Shown: piece after piece, positions 37,829-49,403 of the stretch
How positions within the stretch are numbered: position 1 is the first letter of the stretch
Layout: each line of letters opens with the position of its first letter
Assembly: GCA_965277365.1 (NCBI GenBank)
Contig: CBDICO010000001.1
Location: 192,786-256,785 of the forward strand
Direction of reading: 5' to 3'
Source: Phormidesmis sp.
Lineage (GTDB): Bacteria; Cyanobacteriota; Cyanobacteriia; Leptolyngbyales; Leptolyngbyaceae
Length of the DNA stretch: 64,000 nucleotides
The notes under the pieces: model-generated
Told to the model about the DNA's origin: nothing
Seen by the model: the letters and a program-made list of their open reading frames with translations, nothing else
Databases searched by the model: none
Program-made: the position numbers and the translations under genes

Positions 37829-39583
37829 TTAAAACTTCTTCATCGTACCGTTACTCGGATTGTGAGTCAAAGCCGCAACGGAGGGGATGATGGCGGCAGT
37901 CTGAGCAGCAGAAAACTCGGCGATCGCGCCCACTGCCGCACTAAGCAGACGATCAGGCTTGAGGTCATCTTTGATCAGATTCCACAGACGTTGAACTTCT
38001 TCAGTGTGGAAGCGATCGTCCTCGGTGAGTGCTAAAAGTAGCTGCTGCCGTAGGAATTTACCCTCTCCAGAGAGAATGTATTGCAGCCCCAATTGAGCAG
38101 TAGGCAGTAGATCAAAGCCGTCGTCAGATTGAGCGATCGCGATCAAGTTCTCTAAGCGCTGCCACTGGAACTTACCCTCTTTAAACAACACTTCGATCAG
38201 TCTGCGTCGCAGTTGAGCCGATTCGCCCGTCAGCAAACGACGAGCCACGTAGGGATATGCCACCTCAACGATTCTAAAATTGGGGTTGAGGGTGAGTGCC
38301 AATCCTTCTTGAGTGACGAGCGATCGGATAATCAGCGCAAACTTAGCCGGAATCCGAAATGGATAGTCATACATCAACGTTGAGAACTGATCGGTGATCG
38401 TCTTAAAATTAAAGTCTCGGACACTTTCGCCAACAATGTTACCGAGAACGGATTCTAACGCAGGGACGATCGGCAGGATATCCACATCGGGTGTTAAGAA
38501 ACCCAGTTTGACAAAATCTTTGGCAAGTTCGATATAGTCTTTGTTGATCAGATGCACAATAGCATCCACCAGATTTTCTTTGCCGCTTTCGTCAAGCTGA
38601 TCCATCATGCCGAAGTCAACGTAAGCCATTTGCGCCGTCACCGGATGGGTTCCATTCATAGACGGTGCCGCAACCGCAAACAAATTACCAGGGTGGGGGT
38701 CAGCGTGAAAGAAGCCATGTTCGAGCAGTTGCCGCAGACCTGACGTGACTCCGATCCGAATCAGGGCATCGGTGTCGAGCCCGACTTGTTTAATGCGATC
38801 GAGGTCAGTCAGCTTGAAGCCATTAATCCACTCTAAAACGAGGACCGTGTTGGTCGTGTAGCGCCAGACGATCGACGGCACTTTGACGGTCGGATCATTG
38901 CGGAAGTTGTTCGCAAATTTCTCAGCGTTGCGACCTTCGTTGATGTAATCGATTTCTTCAAACAGCTTAGTGCCAAACTCATCGACAATCAGCGTCAAGT
39001 CGTGCCCTAAGTTAAGCGGAAGCCAGGGTGATAGCCAACTCGCTGCCCAGCGCATCAGATAGAGGTCGAGCGTCAAAATAGGGTGAAGATTGGGGCGCTG
39101 CACCTTGACCGCAACCTCTTCTCCACTAAAGAGACGAGCGCGATAAACCTGTCCCAAACTGGCAGCCGCAACAGGGTCGGGAGAAATTTCGCTAAAAATG
39201 GCGGTGATCGGATCGTCGAGTTGCGTCTCAATAATGTGAAAAGCTAGCTCGTTTGGAAACGGAGGCAACTGATCCTGGAGCTTCACCAGCTCATCGAGAA
39301 AATCTTGTCGAACTAAATCGGGGCGCGTAGACAGTGCCTGACCGACCTTAATAAACGTCGGACCCAAATCAGTAAGAATCTGCCGTAGCTGAGACGCGCG
39401 ACGATAGTTGTTGCGTTCTACCCGATCCTGCCAGTCGTCCCACTTGAGACCCAGAATAAATCCTAAAAACAATCCGGTAATTCTGAGGGCACGCCAGATA
39501 GCCCTCCACGGACGGTAGCGATAATATCGGGCGATCGTGCCCGCGTCATAGCGTCTAAGTTGACTTAGGGGACTTCGACCCAC
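37829..39583 (-). CDS. ABC1/UbiB-family atypical kinase
   Basis: LGPTFIKVGQ, AAASLGQVY and FFHADPHPGN motifs. Confidence 0.94.
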   Translation of the reverse strand: MGRSPLSQLRRYDAGTIARYYRYRPWRAIWRALRITGLFLGFILGLKWDDWQDRVERNNYRRASQLRQILTDLGPTFIKVGQALSTRPDLVRQDFLDELVKLQDQLPPFPNELAFHIIETQLDDPITAIFSEISPDPVAAASLGQVYRARLFSGEEVAVKVQRPNLHPILTLDLYLMRWAASWLSPWLPLNLGHDLTLIVDEFGTKLFEEIDYINEGRNAEKFANNFRNDPTVKVPSIVWRYTTNTVLVLEWINGFKLTDLDRIKQVGLDTDALIRIGVTSGLRQLLEHGFFHADPHPGNLFAVAAPSMNGTHPVTAQMAYVDFGMMDQLDESGKENLVDAIVHLINKDYIELAKDFVKLGFLTPDVDILPIVPALESVLGNIVGESVRDFNFKTITDQFSTLMYDYPFRIPAKFALIIRSLVTQEGLALTLNPNFRIVEVAYPYVARRLLTGESAQLRRRLIEVLFKEGKFQWQRLENLIAIAQSDDGFDLLPTAQLGLQYILSGEGKFLRQQLLLALTEDDRFHTEEVQRLWNLIKDDLKPDRLLSAAVGAIAEFSAAQTAAIIPSVAALTHNPSNGTMKKF

Positions 39584-39775
39584 GTTCTACAGTGCCTCTC
39601 AAGACTAAATGTTAAGCACCAATAGCAGTCGATCAGATTAAATAGAGAACGGCTTGCGTCCACCAAACTGATTAGTAAAAACTTCGGAAAAATCCCGGAT
39701 ATATAACTGCTATTAATGATTACTAATTGTTACCTTTTGTTTAATTCTAGTATGGAAAACTACAAATTTTCTGCT

Positions 39776-40912
39776 TCACAACAAGCAGTCTTTCAAACTG
39801 TAAACCACTTGATCTTGCTGCTCGATCGAGAGTTCAGGAAACATCGGTAAAGACAACACTTCATGAGATGCCTGATCGGATCTCGGCAACTGCCCCAGAT
39901 GATAACCCAATGACCGATAAATCGGTTGCAGGTGTAATGGCAACGGGTAATAAACCATTGAGTTGACTCCTTTCGACTGGAGTTGAGTCCGAACTCGATC
40001 ACGGAGCACTTCCCCGCCTTGTTGACTAAAATCGTCTACGATCCGGATAGTATATTGGTTCCATACACTGTGCCCGTTGGGAACCTCTTGCGGCATCACC
40101 ACGTTTGGAATCGGTTGAAGCAGTTGGTGATAGCGATCGGCAATGCCCCGACGCTGATCATTCCAGCCGTCGAGATAGCGTAGTTTGATCTGCAAAATCG
40201 CGGCTTGAATCGCGTCGAGTCGGCTATTGACTCCAAATTCTTCGTGATAGTAGCCACTTCGTCGCCCGTGGTCGCGCAGCATTCGCAAAGTCGCCGCAAT
40301 TTCCAGATCGTTTGTCGTGATTGCGCCCCCATCACCACACGCACCCAAGTTTTTAGTGGGATAAAAGCTAAAACAGCCAATCTGCCCAATGCTGCCCACT
40401 TTTTGACCCGCCCATTCTGCACCCGTTGCCTGAGCGCAATCTTCGACAACCATCAGATGATGAGCATGAGCGATCGCCATCAATCGCGTCATATCAACAG
40501 GTTGACCAAATAAGTGAACGGGGACAATCGCCTTTGTTCGGGGGGTGATTGCCGCTTCAATCTGCTTCAAATCTAAGTTAAACGTCTGCGGATCGATATC
40601 GACGAAAATTGGTGTGGCTCCGACTGCGCTCACCGTCTCACCTGTGGCGACAAAGGTGAAGGGCGTTGTGATCACTTCATCTCCGGCTCCAATCTTTAGC
40701 GCGCGCAGGGCAAGATAAAGGGCATCGGTGCCAGAATTGCAGGCAACACACTCAGAAACCCCCACATAGTCTGCAAGCTGTTGCTCAAATGTCTCGACGA
40801 GCGCGCCCCCAATATATCGACCAGAGGCAAGCACACCTAAAACCGCCTGATTAATCTCCTCGCCGATAAGTTTGTATTGGTCTGATAGGTCAAAAGGGGG
40901 AATGGTATTCAC
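39776..40912 (-). CDS. DegT/DnrJ/EryC1/StrS aminotransferase (likely start GTG 40912)
   Basis: PVHLFGQ, VEDCAQA and SFYPTKNLG motifs. Confidence 0.93.
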   Translation of the reverse strand: MNTIPPFDLSDQYKLIGEEINQAVLGVLASGRYIGGALVETFEQQLADYVGVSECVACNSGTDALYLALRALKIGAGDEVITTPFTFVATGETVSAVGATPIFVDIDPQTFNLDLKQIEAAITPRTKAIVPVHLFGQPVDMTRLMAIAHAHHLMVVEDCAQATGAEWAGQKVGSIGQIGCFSFYPTKNLGACGDGGAITTNDLEIAATLRMLRDHGRRSGYYHEEFGVNSRLDAIQAAILQIKLRYLDGWNDQRRGIADRYHQLLQPIPNVVMPQEVPNGHSVWNQYTIRIVDDFSQQGGEVLRDRVRTQLQSKGVNSMVYYPLPLHLQPIYRSLGYHLGQLPRSDQASHEVLSLPMFPELSIEQQDQVVYSLKDCLL

Positions 40913-41049
40913 TGTGCACCACAAGCCGTAATTGCTAACGCCGCGTTCAGAAACGGTTTTCTGAAGCGTTAGACTATGAAACTTCTTAATTGTTTCAACA
41001 AATCCTCTATCTGGCAAGATCGGGAGGTTGAGACGTTGAGAGAAGCGAG

Positions 41050-41814
41050 ATGGATTTACTGATTCGACTCCCGTGGGCATTGGGGCTAATCGTGGCAGCG
41101 ATCGCGCTTTCATCGTGGCAGAAACTTGGCTTAGCGGGTAATTTAGCACTCGCGACCGGACGAACGATCGCGCAACTCACCGTCGTGGGCTACTTTTTGG
41201 GAGCCGTATTTGCCTTTAAAAGCCCTTGGGCGGTGTTAGCCGTTTTAGGAGGAATGCTCATAATCGCGGCGATCGTGGCACGGAATCGCATCAGCCAAAA
41301 GATTCCTCGTTTGCTGCCATTGATCGCGGGGTCGATTTTAGTCAGTACGGCTCTGACGTTGACCTACACCACTCTGCTGATCGTGCAGCCGCAGCCCTGG
41401 TATGACCCCCAAACCATCATTCCCTTAGCAGGAATTGTCTTGGGCAACGCGATGAATGGGGCGGCGATCGCGGGCGATCGGCTGGTCAGCACGCTCAACT
41501 CTAGTCAACTCGAAATCGAGACTCATCTCAGTTTGGGGGCAACTCCTCAGCAAGCGGTGGCTGCCTATCGCAGAGATGCTATCAAAGCGGGGCTGATTCC
41601 GACGATTAATTCGATGATGGTAGTGGGGCTGGTGACGCTTCCGGGCATCATTACCGGGCAACTGCTGGGCGGGGCAAATCCGATTCAGGCGGCAGCGTTT
41701 CAGATGTTGATTTTGTTTATGTTGGCGTTTGCCACATTGCTGACTACAATACTCGTGACTCAAGGGTTGCTGCAACAGTTTTTTAATCAGGCAGCTCAGT
41801 TGATTCTTTGGTAG
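41050..41814 (+). CDS. UPF0014/FetB(YbbM)-like ABC permease
   Basis: PLAGIVLGNAMN and GLVTLPGIITGQLLGG motifs. Confidence 0.88.
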   Translation: MDLLIRLPWALGLIVAAIALSSWQKLGLAGNLALATGRTIAQLTVVGYFLGAVFAFKSPWAVLAVLGGMLIIAAIVARNRISQKIPRLLPLIAGSILVSTALTLTYTTLLIVQPQPWYDPQTIIPLAGIVLGNAMNGAAIAGDRLVSTLNSSQLEIETHLSLGATPQQAVAAYRRDAIKAGLIPTINSMMVVGLVTLPGIITGQLLGGANPIQAAAFQMLILFMLAFATLLTTILVTQGLLQQFFNQAAQLILW

Positions 41815-41890
41815 TCAGATGCACGAGAATGGTTTCGTGGGGTCGTCTTCGATCGCTTCAACTTAATATCGTTATTCGTGCTGGTAGCCC

Positions 41891-42655
41891 TTGAATCCTT
41901 ATCTCCGGCATTCCGTTCCTTCAGTTTTTAAAGGCATCGCTCTGTTTACGCCCGGTGGAGATTTGGTCTATTGCATTGATCCCGGCAAACAGGGGCGATG
42001 GCATTTAAACCTGTGTGCGACGTTGCAGGAAATTTTAGAGTTATCTGAACCGCCGCATTTTTTACTGCCTTGCTATACGGCAACGCTCGATCGCTGGCTG
42101 GATTCTGCCACGCGTCAGGTGAGAACATTTGCAGAAGCTTATCCGCTCGTCTTTCGCTATCGGGCATTGTTAGATGCCGTGTTTGAAACTCAGCACATCA
42201 ACTGGCAAATGGCACCCTTGCCCGAAGGAGTGTGTGATCCAGCCCTGTTAGCGACCTATCGCCAGCAGTTTCCTCAACTTTGGGAGAGTCATGATCTGGT
42301 GATTCGAGTCGAGAGCAGCCCGATCGAGCGTCCCGAATCCACAACAAATCTGCCTGGATCGGTTGCCCAAACCTATACGCAGGGCTATGTGCTGCGGCTG
42401 TTTGTGTCGGGATACAGTGCAGCGACTCAGCGAATTTTAGAAAACTTGCACCAACTGTTAGAAGAGTCGCTCGGCTACCCTTATACACTGAAAGTAATCG
42501 ATATTTTTAAACACCCAGAGCAGGCAGAAATGGATCAGGTTTCGGCAACTCCAACGCTGGTCAAGGTTTATCCTCGTCCAGTGCGGCGTATTGTGGGAGA
42601 CCTGAACGATGTCGATCGAGTGTTGCAGATGCTAGGAGCGCCGGGAGACGTATGA
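41891..42655 (+). CDS. KaiB-domain protein
   Basis: C-terminal YVLRLFVSG...[20 protein letters not shown]. Confidence 0.88.
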   Translation: MNPYLRHSVPSVFKGIALFTPGGDLVYCIDPGKQGRWHLNLCATLQEILELSEPPHFLLPCYTATLDRWLDSATRQVRTFAEAYPLVFRYRALLDAVFETQHINWQMAPLPEGVCDPALLATYRQQFPQLWESHDLVIRVESSPIERPESTTNLPGSVAQTYTQGYVLRLFVSGYSAATQRILENLHQLLEESLGYPYTLKVIDIFKHPEQAEMDQVSATPTLVKVYPRPVRRIVGDLNDVDRVLQMLGAPGDV

Positions 42656-43869
42656 CCATGAATAGTCAGGTTGAAGAGATTCTAGAACGGGCGATCGCGG
42701 GAGAAGATTTATCGCTAGAAGCGGGAGTAGTGCTCCTTAAACAGGCTGACGAAACCGCGATCGAGCAGATTCGCGACACAGCGGATAAGCTTCGACAACG
42801 GCAAGCCGGAGACACCGTAACATATGTCATTAATCGAAATATCAATTTCACCAACATTTGCGAACAGCACTGTAGCTTTTGTGCATTTCGGAGAGACAGC
42901 GGAGATGAGGGGGCTTATTGGCTCGATCGGGCACAGATTTTAGAAAAAGCCACCGATGCCGTCAATCGCGGGGCAACCGAGATTTGTATGCAGGGAGGCT
43001 TGAATCCAGACGCTCAAATCAACGGAGCATCTCTTCCTTATTACTTAAAGGTGATTGATGTAATCAAATCTGAGTTTCCTCACCTGCATTTACACGCCTT
43101 TTCTCCGCAAGAAGTCGAGTTTATTGCGAGAGAAGATGGCTTGACGTTTGCAGACGTGGTGGCGGCTTTGCGAGAAGGCGGAGTCGATTCGATGCCTGGG
43201 ACAGCAGCAGAAGTCCTAGACGACGAGGTGAGACGAATTCTCTGTCCTGAGAAAATCAACTCAGAAACCTGGTTAGAAATCGTCCGAACAACTCACCAGC
43301 AAGGAGTCCCCACAACCAGCACGATGCTCTCAGGACACATCGAAACCCCCGAACAACAGATGCGACACCTGGAATTGATTCGATCGCTGCAACAGTCTGC
43401 TAAAGCCCACGGCTACAGGGGCATCACGGAATTTATTCTGCTGCCATTTGTAGGGCAAGAAGCGCCCAAGCCTCTGCGTCGTCGAGTCGGACGGGATCAG
43501 CCCGTTCTCGCAGATGCTCTGTTGCTGATGGCAGTCGCCCGCATCTTTCTCGGCAACTGGATTCCCAACCACCAGCCAAGCTGGGTCAAGCTGGGGTTAG
43601 CAGGAGCTGTAGATGCCCTGAAATGGGGCTGCAATGACATCGGCGGCACCTTGATGGAAGAACACATTACGACGATGGCAGGTGCCCAGGGTGGGACGTG
43701 CATGGAAGTGGAAACCCTGCAAGGCGCGATCGCTGCGATCGGTCGTCCCTATCAGCAACGAGACACTCTTTATAGAAAGGTCTTCACTCCCGGGCAGTTA
43801 GGGACTTGCGCGAAAATAAAACCCCTCACTGCGTTGTCCATAAATTTCGACTCTGCTCAACTCAATTGA
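42652..43869 (+). CDS. cofH: FO synthase subunit CofH (radical SAM)
   Basis: [26 protein letters not shown] and [10 protein letters not shown] motifs. Confidence 0.92.
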   Translation: MTMNSQVEEILERAIAGEDLSLEAGVVLLKQADETAIEQIRDTADKLRQRQAGDTVTYVINRNINFTNICEQHCSFCAFRRDSGDEGAYWLDRAQILEKATDAVNRGATEICMQGGLNPDAQINGASLPYYLKVIDVIKSEFPHLHLHAFSPQEVEFIAREDGLTFADVVAALREGGVDSMPGTAAEVLDDEVRRILCPEKINSETWLEIVRTTHQQGVPTTSTMLSGHIETPEQQMRHLELIRSLQQSAKAHGYRGITEFILLPFVGQEAPKPLRRRVGRDQPVLADALLLMAVARIFLGNWIPNHQPSWVKLGLAGAVDALKWGCNDIGGTLMEEHITTMAGAQGGTCMEVETLQGAIAAIGRPYQQRDTLYRKVFTPGQLGTCAKIKPLTALSINFDSAQLN

Positions 43870-44080
43870 AAGTTTGGGGCTGAGCGAAGTCGAAGCCCGG
43901 TCGGCTGGGATTCTGTTAAACCGAAATTGCTTTGATGTATCGGCTGAAAAGCTATCACTTCCGCGAAACAGTTCAGCGTTGCATCCCCTTAATAATCCCT
44001 CACCACCTCTAGCAGGATCTGCGAAGAACGTGCATACTTTCTAGAGGAATCACGGCATTGCTAATATTTTTCTGCTTTTA

Positions 44081-45871
44081 ATGAACGTCAAAACCAAATC
44101 CCGATCGAAAAAGCTGCCTCTGTTTTTGACACTCGGAGCCTCTGCCCTTCTGATTGGGGGCGGCGCAGTGACTTATTGGCTGGTCTCTCGACAAGGGCGT
44201 TTAAGCGTCATGCCCGTTGGCGCAAATGTGGTGCCTCAAGATGCGCTGATGGTGGTATCAGTCTCAACTGAACCTGATCAGTGGGAGCGACTGCGATCGT
44301 TTGGCACCCCTCGCAGCCAAGCCGCATTTGATCAAAACCTGGCACAGGTTCGCGATCGCTTTCTGACGCGCAGAGGGCTAGAGTTTCAGCGAGACGTGCA
44401 GCCCTGGGTCGGCAAAGAAGTCACTCTAGCGGTGTTGTCGCCTCAGTTGGGCGTGACGATTCCGGCTCCGGCTCAGCCGGCGCTGCCTGCCAATTCTGAA
44501 CCGATGGTTATCGTGCTGCCGATCGCTGATCCCATTAAAGCAAAAGCGGTTTTAGAGCAGTCTCCAGCTACGAAAACAGGTCAATGGACGACGCGCAACT
44601 ATAAAGGTATAGACATCCGTGAGACGGTGGGTAGCCCAGGTCAGAGTGCGTCGATCGCGGTGTTAGATGCCCAATTGGTTTTGGTGGCAAACACTCCCAA
44701 GGCGATCGAGCGGGCGATCGACACTGACAAAGGCGGAAAAGCGCTGTCTGGCACGCCCGGTTATGGGGATGCGTTGGGGCAGATTAATGCCGAGCAGTCT
44801 TTGGCGAGAATATACGTGAATATTCCCGCGTTGGTTAACTCGTCGGCAACGAATTCTAATCGCCCTGTGCCGTCGCAAGGGTTAATGAATCAGCTTCAGC
44901 AAAATCAAGGGCTAGCCGCCACAGCAACTTTAGAACCGGATGGAATTCAATTCAAAACCGTTTGGTGGCTTACACCTGACAGCCAGCAGCGATTTGAGGG
45001 GAAAAACAACGCCAAAATCATGCCAAGCCGTCTCCCAGCAGAGACCTTGAGAATGGCATCGGGCAGCGACTTAAAACAATTTTGGCAAGAGTTTACTCAA
45101 GGGGCTTCCTCAAGTCTGGTGCGCTATATCTTTCCACAAGGGCTGTTGAGCAACCCAGAAAAGCTCCGCCAAGGAATCAAGTCAGCCGTGAACTTAGATT
45201 TAGAGGACGATTTGCTCAACTGGATGCAGGGAGAATTTTCGTTGGCACTGATTCCGTCTGCTCAAAAATCGGCAACCAATTCGCCGACCAGTTTAGTGTT
45301 TATGGTGCAGAGCAACGATCGCCGCACCGCCGAGAAAACGCTGAAGCAGCTTGATGACGTGATGGCAAGCAAATACACCTTTAAAGTTGAGGAGGCAAGA
45401 ATTGAGGGTCAGTCTGTCGTTAACTGGTCGTTGCCGACTGGGGATGTGAGCGTGACTCACGGCTGGCTAGATGGAGATATGGTATTTCTCAGTCTCAATC
45501 TCGGTACGCCTGCGACTCCTAGTTTTCTGCCCAAGCCTGCCAATCCGCTCTCTGAAAGTGAAGCCTTCAAAAAAGCCACGAAAACGACCCTAGAGTCAGC
45601 GAATGGGCATTTCTTTATGGATGTCGATCGCGCCCTCAGTCTGAATAATTTCTTTCCTCTGCTGCAATTGCCCCCGATGAATCGCATGGTGCTAGAAGCG
45701 ACCCAATCGATCGGAGTTACGTCGGCGGTCACGAGCGATCGCACGACTCGTTACGATATTTTTGTGACGCTCCAAAAAGGCAACAAACCAGGAGTGTTGC
45801 CCAGTCCGAATGCGTCTGCGATCGAGGGCACTCATCCGTCACCGCTTCCTTCCGCGTCGCCAGCGCCATAA
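44081..45871 (+). CDS. DUF3352 protein
   Basis: TM anchor; VQPWVGKEVT and DLLNWMQGEF motifs. Confidence 0.8.
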   Translation: MNVKTKSRSKKLPLFLTLGASALLIGGGAVTYWLVSRQGRLSVMPVGANVVPQDALMVVSVSTEPDQWERLRSFGTPRSQAAFDQNLAQVRDRFLTRRGLEFQRDVQPWVGKEVTLAVLSPQLGVTIPAPAQPALPANSEPMVIVLPIADPIKAKAVLEQSPATKTGQWTTRNYKGIDIRETVGSPGQSASIAVLDAQLVLVANTPKAIERAIDTDKGGKALSGTPGYGDALGQINAEQSLARIYVNIPALVNSSATNSNRPVPSQGLMNQLQQNQGLAATATLEPDGIQFKTVWWLTPDSQQRFEGKNNAKIMPSRLPAETLRMASGSDLKQFWQEFTQGASSSLVRYIFPQGLLSNPEKLRQGIKSAVNLDLEDDLLNWMQGEFSLALIPSAQKSATNSPTSLVFMVQSNDRRTAEKTLKQLDDVMASKYTFKVEEARIEGQSVVNWSLPTGDVSVTHGWLDGDMVFLSLNLGTPATPSFLPKPANPLSESEAFKKATKTTLESANGHFFMDVDRALSLNNFFPLLQLPPMNRMVLEATQSIGVTSAVTSDRTTRYDIFVTLQKGNKPGVLPSPNASAIEGTHPSPLPSASPAP

Positions 45872-45932
45872 CCCAAACCAGCTATGGACTTGCGACTTAG
45901 ATTATGGTACTGAGGGAATATACTTTCGGTGA

Positions 45933-46565
45933 GTGTTATTGATGGATACGAGAAACAATCGCCTCTTGGTTAACGTTTTAGCAGGCATGACGATTACAAC
46001 GATCGCGCTAGAGTTACCCGCTCTGGCGGTTCCCCAACCTGCGCCGATACTGATGGCTCAAGTTGCCTGTGTTGTGACCACGAGAACTGCGGTGTTTGTA
46101 ACGGCAAATCCTAGCGATCCAGCCGTGCTGCCGGGTCTTCCTCTCACAGCCGGGACTGCGGTTGCTCTAGTAAAACCGTTGCCCATTGATCCGCCAGCCC
46201 GTATTGAGATTACTAATCCAAGTGGGTTTGTCGATTTTGCTGCGCTTAATTGTGGGAGACCAACCGCAAAAACGACTGCGTGTCGCAAAGTTAGAGATAC
46301 TATCCCTTCAACGGATGTTCGTCGAGACTCTAGACGCGATGCACCTCTGATCGCAGCAGTCAGAGAAGGTCAGGCAGTTTTTGTAACACAAACTAACGCG
46401 GTCACGACTGCTCGACAAGTTGCAAACGGTGAATCGTGGGTAGAAGTTGATCTGCAACGGACGTTTGGCAGAAACTTTGGGATTTCACCGAGTGTTGGTT
46501 GGCTTTCTAACACTCAACCCAACGTTCCGGCAAGCTCTCTGGTGACTGCCACGCCATGCCCTTAG
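45933..46565 (+). CDS. Secreted hypothetical protein with SH3-like modules
   Basis: Signal peptide; SWVEV and GWLS motifs. Confidence 0.6.
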   Translation: MLLMDTRNNRLLVNVLAGMTITTIALELPALAVPQPAPILMAQVACVVTTRTAVFVTANPSDPAVLPGLPLTAGTAVALVKPLPIDPPARIEITNPSGFVDFAALNCGRPTAKTTACRKVRDTIPSTDVRRDSRRDAPLIAAVREGQAVFVTQTNAVTTARQVANGESWVEVDLQRTFGRNFGISPSVGWLSNTQPNVPASSLVTATPCP

Positions 46566-46569
46566 ACGA

Positions 46570-47289
46570 TTAAGATCGAGCTTGTCCAAACGGGCAGAGG
46601 TCCAGCACTTGGCATCTCTGACAGGCAGGATTTTGATAATAACAGCAGCGCTGACCATGCAGCATCAAAACTTCATGGTTGTCGTAAACCTGTTGAGCCG
46701 TCCAGTCGATCGGCAATTGCGCTTCTAACAGCGCATGAGCCGGAGCCACCGCGATCGTCTCTGCAATTAAGCCCAGCCGAATCGCAACTCGGTGATGGTG
46801 ACTATCCACAGGCAGAGCGCGACGACGCAGCACGCTAAATGACAGCACCGCAGCACTCGTTTTAGGTCCGACCCCAGACAGCGATTCGAGCCATGCTCTT
46901 GCATCTGAAACCGATAGGTTTTCGAGAAAGTCTAGCGAGAGATCGCCCTCTCGACGATCGCCAATCAGTCTCAAAACCTGCTGGATTCGGGGCGCTTTTT
47001 GCTCTGCCCAAGTGCAGCGAGCGATCGCCTGTTCAACCTCACCAACAGGTGCATCTCGCACAGCTTGCCAATCAGGAAATCGCCGCCGCAACTCATGAAA
47101 GGCGTTTGCCGAATCAGCATTGCGAGTGCGATGAGACAGCAAAGCTGAAACCAGTTCGCTCAACGGGTCTAACTCGTGAAAGTAAGGAATCGGACACCCA
47201 TATGCCTGACAGAGTCGATCGTGCACCTCAATCAACTGTTGCTGAAGCTCTGGAGTCACGACGATCTCATGTGACTTTTTAGAACGCAT
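46570..47289 (-). CDS. Endonuclease III-related HhH-GPD protein
   Basis: LSGVGPKTS, PVDSH and Cys cluster CCYYQNPACQRC...C. Confidence 0.88.
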   Translation of the reverse strand: MRSKKSHEIVVTPELQQQLIEVHDRLCQAYGCPIPYFHELDPLSELVSALLSHRTRNADSANAFHELRRRFPDWQAVRDAPVGEVEQAIARCTWAEQKAPRIQQVLRLIGDRREGDLSLDFLENLSVSDARAWLESLSGVGPKTSAAVLSFSVLRRRALPVDSHHHRVAIRLGLIAETIAVAPAHALLEAQLPIDWTAQQVYDNHEVLMLHGQRCCYYQNPACQRCQVLDLCPFGQARS

Positions 47290-47687
47290 GACGACTGCAC
47301 AAATCCTACTCGTTCAGGTTCTCGCAGATGAGGGTGCGGGGCATCGGTTAACAGACAGAGTTACTCAACCATGAGATTAAACGGTTCTTGAAGGTCGCCC
47401 CCAGCGCGATCGTCCCTTCTTGAAACCTATGCAGACTTAAGAATTCCTAGAAGCCAAAAGACTTGAGCCGAAATCAAGGTTCTCAAAATGCCTTAGAAAC
47501 ATCTAAAGCCCGAAATTTCTTTGTCACATGAATTAATCACAATAGTGAATGTGAGGGCTGAGCTTGAGGTAAGTACGGATCTTTGGAAGATGAATCCTCA
47601 AGGGTGTATTCAGCTTAGTGATCCTGTGGGTGAGGATCAGAAATCGCTTCAATGGTCAATCCATCCTTTTTTCTGGGTAATTCTGAA

Positions 47688-48814
47688 ATGGCTTCTAATC
47701 ATTTTCTAAAAAAGTCGATCGCGTCTCTCTCTCTGATCTCAGTCGGTGCGCTGTCTGCATTAATTGGTACGCAACTCAACCCAACAAACGCGCTGCAAAC
47801 ACAGCCGTTAATTGCTCAGGCACCTGCTGCGTCGAAGCAGCGGGTGCTAACGAAAACTTTATTTCAGCAGCCGTTGATAAAACGGGTTCTTCGGTGGTGA
47901 GAATTAACTCTTCACGCACCGTGACCAGCCGATCGTCTGAGTCAGGGCAAGCAATTGCACGCGGCACCGGGTCGGGGTTTATTGTCAAATCAGATGGATT
48001 GGTGATGACTAATGCCCATGTGGTAGATGGAGCCGATCGAGTCACGGTCAAACTCAAAGATGGGCGCGAATTCACTGGGCAGGTGGTCGGAGAAGACAAG
48101 CTGACTGATGTAGCGGTGGTGAAAATTCAGGCAAGCAATCTACCGACGGTGACGATCGGAAACTCTGACCAACTCCGACCGGGAGAATGGGCGATCGCGA
48201 TTGGCAATCCGCTAGGGTTAGACAACACGGTCACGGCAGGCATTATCAGTGGCACTGGACGATCGAGCAGCGAAATTGGTGCGCCCGATCGCCGTACTAA
48301 CTACATTCAAACCGATGCGGCAATCAACCCTGGCAATTCGGGCGGACCGCTTTTAAATCAAAGGGGTCAAGTGATTGGCATCAACACCGCGATTATCGGC
48401 GGCGCTCAAGGGCTAGGATTTGCGATTCCGATCAATAAGGCGCAGCAAGTTGCCAATCAATTGATTAGCAAAGGCTCAGTGGATCATCCCTATTTAGGCG
48501 TTGAAATGACTGATTTATCGGCGGTGACGAGAGACCTGCTCAACCGCAATCGCAGCTTAGGCATCAATGTGCAGACCGATCTCGGGGCACTGATTACCAA
48601 CATCATTCGCAACTCACCCGCCGCACAAGCAGGGCTGCAAACAGGAGATGTCATTCAGGCGATCAATGGTCAATCGATTGCGTCAGCAAATGATGTGCAG
48701 CAAGCGGTAGAAGCCAGCACGATCGGGAGTAACTTATCACTTCAAGTCAATCGGAGGGGTCAGACCGTGACGCTCTCGATTCGACCAGGAGAGTTTCCGG
48801 CGAATGCAGGTTAA
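47688..48814 (+). pseudogene. HtrA/HhoA serine protease with a 1-nt frameshift after the signal peptide (or a sequencing error)
   Basis: Signal peptide in the 47652 frame; NFISAAVDKTGSSVVRI, TNAHVV, INPGNSGGP and PDZ in the -1 frame. Confidence 0.8.
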
Positions 48815-48839
48815 GGGATGGTATGGACGTGAGAATTTA

Positions 48840-49169
48840 GGTGTTGCTGAAGCCGGGATAGGAACCAAGGAATCTGCCCTTACCCGCAGGAGGGAACCAG
48901 ATTTCTAGCTCCCCTCTCTTGCAGGCTACCGTGACACACAAATCGTTGAGCACTTCGTTTCAGTCGGCTTCAGCCCCCTAAATCCCCCAAAATTAGGGGA
49001 CTTTGACCCTGAGCAATATCTTGAACTTTGACCCTTTTTCTGGCTCAAAGTACCCCAGAATGGGGGATTTAGGGGGCGAAGATCTCGGCGATGACGGGAT
49101 CAGGAAGACTTGTGTGTATACGGTAGCTCTTGCAGGAGAGGATCATTCATAGTTCTATTCAGCAACACC
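48840..49169. mobile_element. Three nested MITE-like elements
   Basis: Outer IR GGTGTTGCTGAA; middle 48926-49126 with IR CTACCGT..ACACACAA and 10-bp TSD CTCTTGCAGG; inner 48973-49077 with 16-bp IR GCCCCCTAAATCCCCC. Confidence 0.85.
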
Positions 49170-49403
49170 AGGATTTAGGACGTTGCAGCGGGTTAGGTAA
49201 ACAGCCTATCTTTAGAATTTCGCCACAAAAACGGTAAAGACGGTTCATAAAACATTCCTACCGTTTTTGTTTGTGTTGCCTTCTGTGGAGCCAACCCGAT
49301 CGCAGGCAATGATCCCTGTTCAGCCGCTCCCTATTCAGGATGATACGATCGAGCGAAATAAATGCTATTCCTCTAGCAATCAATAGGTTTGTGAGCTTTA
49401 CGT

